Shown here piece by piece: positions 26,203 through 40,100 of a stretch of DNA of 64,000 nucleotides. The stretch lies in NCBI GenBank assembly GCA_951406725.2, contig OX597842.1:14880001-14944000 (forward strand), read 5' to 3'. Source of the stretch: Octopus vulgaris. Lineage: Eukaryota. Positions within the stretch are counted from its first letter, which is position 1. Every line of letters begins with the position of its first letter. Made by a program: the position numbers and the translations under genes. A model generated the notes under the pieces. It was given only the letters and a program-made list of their open reading frames with translations, was not told where the DNA came from and searched no databases.

Positions 26203-27039
26203 CGTGTGTGTGTGAGCGCGCGCGTGCGTGTGTGTATTACAAATGTAGCATATGATAAACAAGACGAAAATCGAGAGTATATAGATATAATCTAATTTAT
26301 TTACTTATAGATAATTAGAATGCCTACAATTGTTTCACTTTTACTCAATACCTATTACAAATTTATAAAAAATAAATGAAATTTGCAGTTAGAATATTAT
26401 ATGAGCAAAATCTCAACCGGGCTAATTGACATAAAGAGATTAGATGTTGTTTTCTTGAGATTTTAAATAGACTGAACCAAATAAAAATAAATAAGACAAT
26501 TCATCCTTTATAAATGTGTACGTGTATAGATTTTAGTACATCTGTCGTGTGTGTCTTGTTCCTAATCTCAATGATACCCTTCTGTCGAGAAAAGTGTAGC
26601 GAAAGGGAAAGATGTAGAAATGAACTATACATGTATAATAATAGCGTGTAAATTTTGAACACACACACATATATATATATGTGTGTGTGTGTGTGTGTAT
26701 GCGTGTGTGTGTGTGTGTATAATTCTGGTTAGAAGAAATAGAAACAAACCTCAATGTGGGATGTGTTGTATCGGACGCCTCCATGTGCGAAGTGGGTTGC
26801 TCCACTACTAAGAAATAATGGACTAACACAGTCAGCAGTTTCAGGCGGCGAGGATGCTGTTCGGGCTGGTCTCACAGACGACGAAGTACGTCGTGATGAG
26901 GTGGGACAAATTAGTGTCGAGTAGGACACAACAATATAGAAGGTACGGAAGGTATTTGAAAAGAGTTTTATAGATTACAAAGAAACGCTGAGACAAACCA
27001 AATCACAATATCTTCTGATGACACTTTAAATTTGTTCAA

Positions 27040-27430
27040 AAGTATTTTGGATCTGATTAAATGATTTTGTTTTCTTTTTTTTTTTCTGACATGAATTTAA
27101 CTCTCCTTATGACGTAAGATTTGTATCTGATGTCTTCATGCACAAAATTTCTGAATGTTTGTTTTTTTTCTGATTCGAAACTTTTTGTGATTGACTTCAT
27201 TGATTTTCCTGGCTTGTCTTCAACGTGTTGCTTAAGCACCTGAATACGTTCAGGCGTGCTGCAAGGATCAGATTCCTTAAAATGTTTTATACGTTTTGAC
27301 ACAGGTAATACGCTTCCATCTTCTTCCTCTAACTCACACCTAATCTTATGCAAATTTCAGAAAACGAGAAATTTCTAAATCACCATACTTAGCCTTCAAA
27401 GCCTCTACGGCGGTTTTCGGTTATTCTACC
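27040..27430 (-). mobile_element. Tc1/mariner transposase N-terminal fragment
   Basis: ORF 27057-27353: ...VEDKPGKSMKSITKSF..TFRNFVHEDIRYKSY (HTH region typical of mariner-like transposases). Confidence 0.65.
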
Positions 27431-28340
27431 TTAAGCCTTCTCTTAGGCTATATTATTTATTTAGGCTTTTTTCTGAGTAAGTAAGAATATAATGATTCAA
27501 CGTCACTTATACTCAAGTGTTATCATTATAACTAAAACCCTAACTGCAGTTATAACGTCGTATAGACATATACGCATGGAACGCTACATCAACGACCATG
27601 TATGTTGAATATTTTAATCGTGTCCTTTAAACCGATATAAGAAACATAAAACAAAGATTACAGAAATGCATATTTATCTATGCTCAGTTGAAAAACAAAC
27701 GTGAAGAGAAACATATTCTTTTTAATTATTTTTTATTATACAAATGTAATATTTTATATTTTTTTTACAGTAAGAAAGATAACTTTGTCGTGGAGAAAAA
27801 ACGACTTTAAATTCCTTAGCTAATTTATTCTTTCTATCTAATACGTTAACCAACAAATCAAAATAGATTTGTGATTAACTTAGACATGGCATAAAAATTA
27901 CCGATGTCTCCAAAAGAGTGAGTGACGTGGAGTTGAGTGACTACCAAACGAACACTGATATATTTTCCAAAATCCAGGGTTTTTATAACTGCTCAACCTG
28001 ACTTAAAAAGAATCCATGACAGATATTCTTTTCGAAACTTCTAGAATCATTATATGAGCAGTTATATTAAACAATGGGAAAAAACGAAAATGATAATTCT
28101 TCGGCAAAGAAATTACGTAATTTTGCCAATTCGCGCCACAATTCAAAATGGCTAAAATGGTTATTGCTACACCTCAATCACAACATGCCTTTCCATTTCA
28201 TTACTAAGCATAGCGCCTGTCATTGTTATTTTCTGAAATAGAGGTTGAATAAATGTTACTTAAATAAAATAATGGCTAAAAACAGAAGTATCCTCAAATA
28301 GCGTCTGCACCAGATATACACACACACACATATAGATGTA

Positions 28341-28405
<65 letters not shown>

Positions 28406-29412
28406 GCATATATATAAAAGGCAGGATGTGTGTGTGTACGTGAATGTAATTTATGCACGTCCACAAATTTGCACGCATATCGCTCCAACATTCGTCACGA
28501 CCCTAGCTGTATTTTCGTCAAATTATTTTCTCCTGAGGCACCGGCGAATACCGGTAAAAATAAATTTTCGACTATAACATAACAATTTTTACGGCGGAGA
28601 AATCTACCATTATTTACAGACATGAGTTAAGTCCCCTTGTAGTGACGGAGTTAAGAGAGGGACGGAGGGGGAGAGAGAGAAAGATTATAGAGTTTTAAAA
28701 TTTCGTGTTTTTATTGAGTGATTGACAGGCAAAAACAGACAGACATGTGTTGTTATGTATGTATGTATGCATGTATGAGTACAAAACACCTGTATGCAAT
28801 ATATATATATATAAACGATATTTTCCGTTTCTCCACAACTAAATTCCAAATTAGCGGAAACGGTTGCTCTACTAGTAGCTGGTTGTGCGTGAACATGGGA
28901 GAGAGCAGAGGTTACCAGAGCAAAATACCTACATGTTGACTGTAGACACGCTCCTTCGCAAACGATAAGCTATTATTTTGTAAACAATGTTTCGAAACTG
29001 TTCATGTTTTCGAAAGAAGAGATCTGACTCTCACATATCTGTGGGAGAAGGTAGGCCTCTCTATTCCACTAACAAAACTCATGTCTGGGTGTCAAATTTG
29101 CATATTGTAAACAATGTTTCGAAACTCTATATTTTCGGAAGGAGAGATCTGACTCTTTTCAACCATAACGTCTACCAGTTTTGATGTATTTTGTTCAAAT
29201 TTGTTGCCAGCATTACTTAGGACTCATGCGATCTTTGAATGCTTGACGTTCTCCAAAAACCAAAATAATAAAAGAAAACAATCGATGGGTGGAAACAATC
29301 GATAAACCGATTCCTTATGGGATTTCCCAATCAAATTGTCTGCAAAATTTCAGCCAAAAGTTTACCAATTTCAACGGATTTCACTCAAATTTGACGTCGA
29401 TGTTACTTAGTT

Positions 29413-29467
<55 letters not shown>

Positions 29468-29539
29468 GCTGCTGCTGCTGATGCTGATGCTGGTACTACT
29501 GCTAGTCCTATTACAACTACTACTGCTCTTGCTGCTACT

Positions 29540-29602
<63 letters not shown>

Positions 29603-29750
29603 GCTGCTGCTGCTGATGCTGATGCTGGTACTACTGCTAGTCCTATTACAACTACTACTGCTCTTGCTGCTACTACCACCACTACTACTACTACTGCTGT
29701 TGCTACTACCACTACTACTACTACTAGATAGAATAGTAGTAGTACTATAT
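29413..29750. repeat. (CTA)n/(CTG)n microsatellite with an internal ~120 bp tandem duplication
   Basis: ctgctgatgctgatgctggtactactgctagtcctattacaac occurs twice. Confidence 0.9.
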
Positions 29751-29869
29751 AGATTAGTACAGTTACTTGCCCAGCCACCATTATCAATATCCATGTATTT
29801 CCAGGATATAATCCACACCAATGAATTCTCTGAGATATATCTCATACAAATGTTTTATTTCTTTTTCAG

Positions 29870-29984
29870 TGTTTTGTAAAGAAAGCACAACCTCAACAAG
29901 CAATGGTACTTTCTATTGGCCAATGACAAAAATAGGAACTGATGTGACGATCCCATGTCATGCAAATGTAGCAACGAGACACTG
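29870..29984 (+). CDS. aGPCR exon, HRM domain part 1: VFCKESTTSTSNGTFYWPMTKIGTDVTIPCHANVATRHC
   Basis: tttctttttcAG / GTTCGT; 115 nt, phase 1-2; C....G...WP.T..G.....PC....ATR.C HRM motif. Confidence 0.92.
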
Positions 29985-30049
29985 GTTCGTTTCTATTGTT
30001 TTACGTCTTCTCAAATTTGAAATTTTCATTGTCATCGAAGTGTTAGTTA

Positions 30050-30955
30050 ATGTTACGTTGTATGTTATGATAATTCTGCCTGTCACTACGTTACTTAGCC
30101 CCATCGGTAACGCCATCACGTGATTAGAGATAAAGAGTGAGAAAGAAAAGATAGGGAGAGTAAAAAGTGAAAGAAAAAGACAGCGAGCGAAAAAAGAGAG
30201 AAAAAGAGAGAGCATCGTGCATGACGTGTGGCAGAGGGAAAGTAATTGTAAGGCTTTTATGTGATTAGTTTAATGGAAAGAGAGAAGAGGAGAGATAAAG
30301 AAAGAAGAGGAGAGATAAAGAAAGAAGAGGATAAAGTGGAGATAGAGACAGAAATAAGGAGAAAGTAAAAGAGGAGGAAAGAAGTGTCCATGACGTATGA
30401 TAGAGCGAACCTAATATTTATTACGTAGTTTATAAAAGTTAGTTGAAGGTAGTGGAGAATTGAAAATATGATGTCAGCGGAGCGGTGGTGTTCTGATGGT
30501 GAGATTAAAGACAGTCAAAGAGAGGGGGAGGTGAGAAAAGAGGAGGGAGATATGTTCATGGTGGTGGTGGAGACGGCCATGGGAGTGAATAGTGAAAATG
30601 TTTTTTTTATTTGAAATAAGTATTTTATATCACCTGTCACCGTGAAATAGTTATTCTTATTTTATTGGAAGATACATGCAATTTAACTAATATGTACGGG
30701 ATATCATTTTTCATTTGTTTATGGAGGAAACGGGAAAATAAGAGTGAATATTTATTTTATGTGTGTTGTGTATTGAGTCTATAAATTTGTGAATAAATTA
30801 TATAAAATATGTATATATAAAGTGTATTTCAATGAATAGCAGATTATCATTTGATACAAGCGAAGGCTAATCTTTCAGGATATTTCGATAAAGTTTTCAA
30901 AAATAACCCATTACGTTTACCGTTAATTCCGTGAACTATTCATCGGTGCCGCTAG
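30050..30955 (+). mobile_element. Non-autonomous Helitron (5' end approximate)
   Basis: 3' hairpin ccgtgaactattcatcgg followed by gccgCTAG|t. Confidence 0.55.
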
Positions 30956-32214
30956 TCTATAATATAAACTGGACATGGGCGATCGTTGTATTCTCTCTTG
31001 TCTTGAGGTTCACAGCTAAACGGTTGGGTGATTCGCGTGAAAAATGGCACACATGAGAAGACGGATGCATGGATTGGAATGCGGTTTGCGTTTTCCTAGA
31101 CCCCATAGTTACCGAGAAAAACGATTAAACCCTTTTCTAATGGAATTCCCCCCGCCATTAAAACAACCAGTCGCTCACACAAACGGCATATACCATTTCG
31201 CTAGCAACAAGGAGAGTACAGGATTACAGCCAGCCAAAGCCATACATACAAACATACATACATATATACATACATACATATATACATACATACATACATA
31301 ACCTCTCTCTCCTTTTCTCTGTCCGTCACGCACACATGCATTCACTACAAAAAGTGAATAAGAAAAATGCAGTTAACTCTCTCTCTCGGCCAAATATAGA
31401 TATATGCATCTATGTATACGTACATACATATATGCATGCATAACAACCTGCGTGCGTGCGTGTGTGTGTGTCACTGAAGCCATCCATACATACATAACGC
31501 TTCTCTCTGTCGCTTTTTCTTTGTCAATCACTCACACATTCACTCGCTACAAAAAGTAAATAAAAAAAATTTCCGTTAACTCTCTTTCACACACACACAT
31601 ACACACACACCAGCAACGTTACTCTTTCCGTCTCTTCACACACACTAACAAAAGCAATTCAGATACACACCACACATTCTATCTCGCACAGTATATGAAG
31701 CACACACACACACGCACACAAAACTCTTTCTCACATACACGCACGTACGCACGCTCAGCAATTCTTCCGCTTTACGCCAACTTCAAAAGAACTTCACTCA
31801 TATATTCGCGCTCTCTCTGTTATTTTCGATTTCACGCCGACTTCAAAAGATTCCCTGTCCACCTAACCCCATATTAAAACGATAAATATTTTTTATGGAG
31901 ACCGACGATCCTCTTCAAAAATATACAAACGTGATTTATTAGTGGTTTGTGAGAGTCGTGTGTTCCCATATCGAAAGATCGCCCAATGATTTAATGATTA
32001 GACAATAGAATATCTCTCAGAAACTGACTACGTTCAAATTCGTTCTTCCCAATTCTCTTTTTAGACCGGGGAGGGGATATTAATACACCTGGAGACTCCA
32101 ATCGAAACAGGGAACCCGAAATGCTAAGGTTGAGAAAGGCTGTTATAGATTACGCCGAACGGGAAACGATCACAGCCACATCATCCAAACAGACCGGGCG
32201 GGCTTAGATGCTAG
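30956..32214 (+). mobile_element. Second non-autonomous Helitron, head-to-tail with the previous one
   Basis: Starts TCtataatataaact immediately after CTAG; ends accgggcgggcttagatgCTAG|t. Confidence 0.5.
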
Positions 32215-33042
32215 TAGTATATAAAACACTTAGAGCGATTAAGATAAAACTAATGTCCATTAGTTCAAATCATTTAACACTGATATTTTACATTTTCCAC
32301 AATGACATTTTTTGTAAAGATTCCTGTAAGTGCCAGAATGTTAAAAAAAGTTGCGCAGAAAACATAGATCTAGACTCAGCCAATAGCCTTTATCACTAAT
32401 TCTATTGATTTCAGAGTAACGTTATTTATTCAATTGGTTATTATATAATGGTAAGCGAAGAAAGCTGGTCATTGTGGGACCTGTCGCATCATATTTATCA
32501 TTTTTTCGTATCCTCCACGTTATTCCACGTGCTAAGCATCTAAAGTGTTATTGCTGGGGTCTGAGTTTTATAAGTTTTAAGACAAAGATGGAAGTTGTCA
32601 AATCTGTTCATGTAGAAGATATACGTAAATCTACTATGGATGATGATGACGACGAAATATAAATAGGTGATTTGCCCACTCACTTAAGACTAGCAGCATC
32701 TTGCCTTAGTACTTCATTCACCATATTAGTCCATCCTAACTTGAATTTTAAAAGTCGCAACAAAATATAACGAATAAAAGCAAATTTGGCAATATTTTTA
32801 AAATCTAACTTTTAGTAAGAACATATTTTACATTATTAGATCTCAGAATGAGATTGAAACAGTAATCGCTCGACAATGTAAAGTATAGAAGCCATCTTAA
32901 CATGGCTAACCACATAGGGTAGAGGGTGTTACTGTAGCTTTACAGCCCCAGGAGCGTGTCGTCTACAGTTGGCTTTAGACACCATATCAGTGTCCTTAAA
33001 GTATTTGCAAAGGGAGGCCATCCCTTCCTCGCAAGCCTGAGT

Positions 33043-33093
33043 GATACGCTCGGACTAGTTTCGGGATTGTTGTCCCATGTCAACGGGCGGGAT
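33043..33093 (-). ncRNA. Degenerate minimal hammerhead ribozyme (U3-A8 type, A9 mutated)
   Basis: Minus: atcccgcccg-TTGACAT-ggga(caacaa)tccc-GAAA-CTAG-TC-cgagcgtat. Confidence 0.5.
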
Positions 33094-33268
33094 GATAACA
33101 AGGTGGAGTAAATAATAGATTACTGACAAAATACATCACAGTATTTAACTTTGTTTCACTAGATTATGAGTTCAAATCACGATAAGGTCAATGTTTTTCT
33201 CACTTTCCTCTGACATCGATGAAATATATATGCTTATTTATATAACTTATTTGATATTTATTTTTCAG

Positions 33269-33438
33269 TTCTTCCGGAGAGATGGTAGGTCTAGAAATGC
33301 CAACAAATCAGTATGGTACATCACCAAAAGGTTCACCATTCACTGGCGTCTGGCAAGAACCAGACATGTCTCAGTGCTACAATACAGAGAGGATCACTCA
33401 ACAACTAAAGAACATTACAAGTGAAGATATCAATGAAG
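33269..33438 (+). CDS. aGPCR exon, HRM part 2 / GAIN start: SSGEMVGLEMPTNQYGTSPKGSPFTGVWQEPDMSQCYNTERITQQLKNITSEDINE
   Basis: tttttcAG / GTGAGT; 170 nt, phase 2-1; G.W..PD.S.C HRM end. Confidence 0.92.
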
Positions 33439-33521
33439 GTGAGTGTTTGGAAATGCTCTTACCGTAGTATTAGTAATAATAGTAATAGCAGTAACAGGAG
33501 GGGTATATATATGTATGTATG

Positions 33522-33609
<88 letters not shown>

Positions 33610-34748
33610 TGTATATATACGTATTTGCCTGTGAGTGTGTGTGTGTGACCTTCTTTCCCTGTAATGTATGTATATGTGTATATATGTATGTATGCATGTA
33701 TGTATGTGTAACCAAGATGAAAATTATTTGTTAGGATGTAATTCGTTGCATAAATCCTTTTGGTCATGTCTTCCAAAAGCGTGTCACTAGAATCATATAT
33801 GGAAACATGTCGACAGATGTTATAACGTGGGACATTTCAATTTATTATTAAATCTTTAAAACCACTTTTCTTAGTAATTTTCTGCAGAATCATTCAGCAG
33901 GTAAATAAGCATAATACAATAGAGCTATCCATGATACAATTTTCTCTCAGGTTGTGCTCGGGGTTATAAGATATTTAAATCTTCAATGGCACATTCACCA
34001 TTGCTGTGTAGCATTGAATGGAAGCGATGCACGATTCTCACCTGTAGCACTGTAAAATCAAAGAGATTTTCTTAAGATTGCATTGTAGTGATGATTTCAA
34101 TTCCTCATAAGTCATTGATGAAGAATGATTAATATTGATATTATAGATACCGGAGAAGACGGACACAATGCTTAGCGGCATTTTGTCCGTCTTTGCGCTC
34201 TGAGTTCAAATATCGTCGACTTTTCCTTTAATCTTTGACGAAATAAGAACGAGTTGAGCATTGGTTTCAATTTATTTCACTTGAACTCTACCCCGAAATT
34301 GCTGCTCTTCCGCCAAAACTTACACCAATATTAATCATTAGATCATCGACCCATATTCCTTTAAGTTCAACGTGTAACTGAACAATAATTCCATTCATAT
34401 TAACAGTTGTTTAGGATGGCCGGTGTATCACAGGTCATTGGTTGTCAATGTCATTATTTACAAACATCCACTATCAATTGTCTGTGTTACTCAAGCATGT
34501 AGTCTTGTACCACCCCTCCACTCTTCCAGTTAGCGTTACAGAGCAGGAGACACTAACGATTTATCACAATGAATATATAAATGATGAACTGAACTCATTT
34601 AGCTATCTCTGTGCTATATGAATTTGGAGATGTTCATTAACTTCCATTCATTCATTAATTTTTTGTGTGGCATTTAATTTGCATCTAATATTTCATCTGA
34701 AAGCATCTGTAAATTCCCTTAAATTTCATTTTAAATTTTTCGTTGCAG

Positions 34749-34980
34749 AAAATGTTGAGGAGGTTTCAACAATACTCAGCGATATTTCCAAGAAATCAGT
34801 TTATTTCAAAGCAGAAGATATTGACTTGGCTGTTGATATTCAAGAGAAAATGCTGCCATTGATACCAAATGTGCCCGCCGATATAACACTAAAGAACATA
34901 CTTCTTAGTATCAACAATATGATAGACACACCGGAAGAGATTTTGGTTGAAGCAGAACAATCAGATGGAACTGGGAGCAG
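34749..34980 (+). CDS. aGPCR GAIN subdomain A exon: ENVEEVSTILSDISKKSVYFKAEDIDLAVDI...SINNMID...EQSDGTGSR
   Basis: cgttgcAG / GTAAAA; 232 nt, phase 1-2. Confidence 0.9.
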
Positions 34981-35009
34981 GTAAAACACATATCACGTTT
35001 GCCGTCAGT

Positions 35010-35131
35010 GTAGCAGCAGCAGCAGTAGCAGGGAAGTAGTAGTAGTAGTAGTAGTAGTAATAGTAGTAGTAGTATTAGTTGTAGTAGTAGTAGTAGTAGT
35101 AGTAGTAGTAATAGTAGTAGTAGTATTAGTT

Positions 35132-35164
<33 letters not shown>

Positions 35165-35400
35165 TTGGCGGTGGCGGTAGCAGTGGTGGTGGATGTAGCA
35201 GTAGTAAGAGGAGAAGGGGAGGAGGGATTGATTTATCGGCGGTTGCGGTGGCTCTAGTGGTAGAAGTAGTAGTGTAGTAGAAGGAAGAGAAGAAGAAGAA
35301 GAAGAAGAAGAAGAAGAAGAAGAAGAAGAATGAGAACAACAACAACAACAAGAAAAGACGAAGACATTGATGATGATGATGATAGTGATGATAAAGAAGC
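35010..35400. repeat. (AGT)n/(AAG)n trinucleotide microsatellites
   Basis: Direct inspection. Confidence 0.9.
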
Positions 35401-35551
35401 AACAACGGCAGCTCTAGCAGCAGACGTAGTAGAAACAATGGTAGCATAAATAGATTTATTAATCAATATAATTAGTGTAATTACACCTATATCTAATTAC
35501 GTATTTGAAACACACTCTTAGTTGAGATTTATTTTCTTGATTTTCTCACAG

Positions 35552-35723
35552 AATGCTGGACATTATAGAAGCAATCCCTGAAGAGATTCCACTGGAAGAG
35601 CCGCAACTGACAGTCTTACATCCTAATCTTGGTATTGGTGCCATCAAAGTGGAGAAGGACACGTTCAATGGGGCTGTCTATGGCATTTCATTTGGAAATA
35701 ATGAATCTGAAGCAAAGACAATG
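35552..35723 (+). CDS. aGPCR GAIN exon: MLDIIEAIPEEIPLEEPQLTVLHPNLGIGAIKVEKDTFNGAVYGISFGNNESEAKTM
   Basis: ttttctcacAG / GTACAG; 172 nt, phase 2-0. Confidence 0.87.
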
Positions 35724-37164
35724 GTACAGTACTTCCTCATGATTTCTCTCTTATTAACCGTTTGTTCTAAATACCCAAATTGATAAAATACATTACAGTG
35801 AAATATAATATCTTTGTTATCATATAAAGTAGCGTTGGTATAAATCTTGATGCAGATTACAATCAATCCAAATACAAAATACAGTATATATACTGCACAG
35901 ATTAGCAACAAGGCTAAAATAATCATTTGTAATTTAGGTACAAAGTTCAAAGTTTTGGGGAAGGTGTCTAGTTGACTACACCAACGCCAATTCTCTGCAA
36001 AATCTGAACTTGGAGCGTAGAGACAAACGAAATGTTGCTACGCATTCACTCCGCCGTGCTAAGTTTTCTTTCAGCTCAATTTAAAACTAATGTAATAATT
36101 GGAGCTTATATACATACAACTGACCTTCACTCTCTTTCTGATCATTTGATTGATTAGAAAAAATATAGCAATACTTCGTCCCATGTCATGCCTCTGGGTA
36201 CCCGAGAACAAGAAATAGATTGAAAGAGAAATCAGAAAGCTAGAAAGGCAAAGGTGAAGAAGAGCAACAGCGGCAGAGTGCCGAAGCGGCGGTACTAGAA
36301 GTTGAAAAGGAGACGGAGGAAGCGGGAAATGCATTTACCGTGGAGAACAGAAAAGGAAAAGAAAAGAATATGTAAACTCACCGCCGAAGAGTCTGAAAAA
36401 GAGAACAAAAAGGAGGAAGAAATGGATATGATAGAGAGCTGGCGTCAACAAAAGGTAAAAGAAGAGGGAGAAATAGGCATTATAGAGATCCAGCGACAAA
36501 AACAAGTGCAACAGCATCACCAACAAAAATACAATAAAAGGAGGAAGAATTGCAGCAAGTATGTACGATAGATTTACCGTGACAAAAAAGAAAAACTTGT
36601 CCGGACAACCCAGGTGTGCAACAGAAATGAGAAGTCGAGAAGCCGCAGAAGAACAAGTAGTATATGGTGACATACGCCAAAAAGTACAGCCATAGAGAGG
36701 AGAGTTACAAAATTCGAATCAGTAATAAAGGTAAGATTACCCATAGAACTGTATACAGAAAATGTAAAAGGAATTGTGATAGACCGAGGGAGGTACTGAA
36801 AACTGAGGGATTTGTTCGGAAACGAGATTGACCCGTTGGGAGTAGAGTTTGATGAACTACCACCTGTTGTGGAGTACAAAGAATTAGAACCATTCGTAAA
36901 TGTCTACAAGAAAGACGTTAAAATTCAAGACAATGCTAAAAGGAAAAAAGAAAAACAAAGATAAAGAAAAATGATTAAAAACTGTGCTAAAACATTTAAA
37001 CGGTACTGCTTGAGATTGGGGCTCAATGCAGCCATGTCATTACCATTAATTATATCCCTCCTTCATTTGCTCGTTTTATGTTTTTTGTCCCCAATGTGGT
37101 ATTCTGCCTGTCCTTGTGCTGTCCCTTCTGTGTCATGGTCGTGTGCCAAATAAAAGAAATGGTA

Positions 37165-40100
37165 GCTGACGGTGTTAGTTCGACGTGTGTTGGCTTAACA
37201 GTCGGTAATTGAACAGGGAATGTTGAGTATCGTACCTACATTCGAGTTGTACAGAGTGCGTTCTATGTTAAGATATATTTCTGCAATAAGTTATTTTTAT
37301 ATAACCACAACCAACTATTTATTTGTGTAATAGTATTTTGCACCAGACCTGTATGCCTGCATAATAACATTTTTGTCGATGAAATTATTCGAAGCTCATG
37401 TTGGACTGATTTTGGCTTCAACATGGAATATTTAATAGCTTCGGTAATTCAATTATAGAAACAGCAACAGCAGCAGCAGCAGTGGAGGTGCCATGGCCCA
37501 GTGGTTAGGGCAGTGGACTCGCGGTTGGAGGATCGTGGTTTCGATTCCCAGACCGGGCGTTGTGTGCGTTTATCCAGCGAAAACACCTAAAGCTCAACGT
37601 GGCTCTGGCAGGGGGTTGTGCCGACCCCTGTTGTATACTTTCGCTCCAATTTCTCTCACTCTTTCTTGTTGTTTCTTATCCCCGACTTCCTACGCAACCG
37701 CTGAGCCTGGATGCACATTCATCCATCCGTCAATGCTCTCGGTGTCGGGGGTTGACCAGCTTTCTCTTCTGCAGGTCTTACAAATAGCAAAGGACCTCGT
37801 TTCGGACTTCTCCCACTCTGGGACGAAGACCGCTTCGCTCAACAAACAAACGAACAGCAGCAGCAACAACAGCAACAACAACAACAACAGTTGTTGGAAT
37901 TACAAAAATAACGGAAACTGTTCGTACAACTGATACAGAAGAAAACATAAAATACATCTAGTTCGTTCACTCCTGACACTGTCCCAAAATTCGATCGGGG
38001 AGTTCGATCGAAGAAGGTTCTTAATTCTCTGCTTACTTTAGAAGGTGAGATGAATATTTTCAAGAAGAATGCTACAACAGGCAAGACGAAAAACAAAAGG
38101 GACTTTTTTGAGAAAGTTGGCAGAAGCCAAGCATGAGAAATATTGAAATTACATATCACCAAAGAAATCGGATGGAAATTTGTTTTGAATAAACGGTGAA
38201 TAATCCATCAAAGATTTTCAGCGATAAAAATCCCTTCATTTAATACGCGTTGGCAATACGTGAATATTACAAACAAATAGAGACGAAACTTTTTATTAAA
38301 TACGCTGTATTCGTTAATAGGGAAAGCGAGAGATTTAAAATTAATGAACTAACACCAGATATGTTTAAATGCTTAGTTTTCGTGCAAAGACTAACGGCAA
38401 AGAAAGATGCTGGATTCGTAACTGAATTCTGCCTAAATTAGAGCAGAATTAGTAGCTAACACTAAAAGAGATATCTCAGGAATATCTCAGAGAATAATAA
38501 AGCTAACACACGATACGGAAGAGAGTGAAGTAACTAACTGCTGTCATATAAATCCGATGCAACCGAAAGAACTGACAAGCAGAAAATTAACTCATGTTTT
38601 GGATGCGCAGACTTACACTACATATTCGACTCTCCTTATAAAACTGGAAAATTCTTCAAGTGTAATAAGATAGGACATTACAAATCACACTGTAAAGCAA
38701 AACCCAGAAAATGGTTTAACGGAAAAAGTTTATCGGGGACAAGAAACACAAACAAGACTCAAAAGAAGATAGTGTATGTAAATGTGATAATAGAAATGTA
38801 GAATTACAGTTCAGTACAGGTATGACATTACTTTAATTAATGAAAAAACGTGGAAAACAATAGGGAAACCTCCACTACAGAAAACCTCGAAGATTGCATT
38901 TGGATTTTCGGAGATTGAATTTTTAAAGGTGAAATTATCTGTAAAGTTACGTTTCGTGGCAAGACTATAAAAGCGAAAGCTTATGAACTAAAACAAACCA
39001 ACAACCTGTTTGGAACTGTTCAAATTATGGAATTTACCCATAAAAAAGTGTTTGTAAAATTGTAATGTGGTCATGCGCAAGTTGTATAGAGAGTTAGAAA
39101 AACATTTTTAAATGAAGTGAAAATGTCGTTCCCTGATGGATTTTTTTGAAAGAATTGGGGTCGGTGTAATAAAGTGAAAGCAAAATTTCAGGTAAAATAA
39201 AATTCAGTACCGGTTTGTAAACCGAAACGTAATGTACAGTTTGCAACAAGTGAAAAAGGAATTGGACAGACTGGAAAAATGGGAGTGATTCAAAAGATCG
39301 AATACTCAACAGTGTACGTAAAAAACAAAACAAAATTGTATGTGTAGATTTCTCGACGGGGTGAACCGACTGTTTAAAACAATATAACTACCAGTTATCT
39401 AGCACAGAGGAAACCTCGAAACTAAACGGTGATAAATTGTTCTCGAAATTAGATCATTCGGATGCCTACTTACAAATGCAAAGGGAAGACAAATGCACTA
39501 AGCTGTTATCAATTAATTCTCATAGACAAATTTAATGGCTTCTCGTTTGATATAAAATTGAACCTACTATATTCCGACAAGTGATGGATGCGATGCTTGC
39601 AGAACGTGACTTCGCAATGGCCTACCTGAATGATATATTTATTAAAAGGGAATCCCATGATCAGGTGTCGATCATATCGAATGTATATATGGAAAAATAA
39701 GAGGTTACGCTTTCAAACTGGGTGAGAAGACATGCGAATTTTTCTTGCCTAAAATTAAGTACTTAGGACAAATTATTAACAAGAACCTTCGATGACCAGA
39801 TCGGTCGAGGACAGAATCAATTAAAAATATGTCCCCTCCGACAAATATATCTACCTAACAAGCTTTTGTTTTGGACTGGTAAACTATTATCAGGCTCCAA
39901 TGATTGATTTCGCTGTAAAGATATTTCATAGATTCTTACACGTCAGAAAGTGTCGACTACAGAGCGAAAATCGTCCGTTATTACCTATCTATGGGTCGAA
40001 GAAAGGAATGCCTACCCATATTGGTAATAGGTTGCAACGCTGGGGTTACTGTATAACTAAATTTTGATTTTAAGATGAAATTTAATTCATCTAAAAAATT

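Noticed and set aside
27771-27823. Strong acceptor ttttttttacAG between the LU and HRM exons
   Set aside because: The compatible frame stops after ~17 codons with no good donor; flanking exons already join in phase.
29289-29879. Poly-L / poly-S / poly-V ORFs
   Set aside because: Trinucleotide microsatellite translations.
36070-37150. Purine-rich block with K/E-rich ORF
   Set aside because: No recognisable domain or termini; probably an unclassified repeat remnant.
37484-37560. Possible tRNA gene
   Set aside because: A/B boxes run into a SINE body and (aaac)n tail; no clean cloverleaf or terminator.
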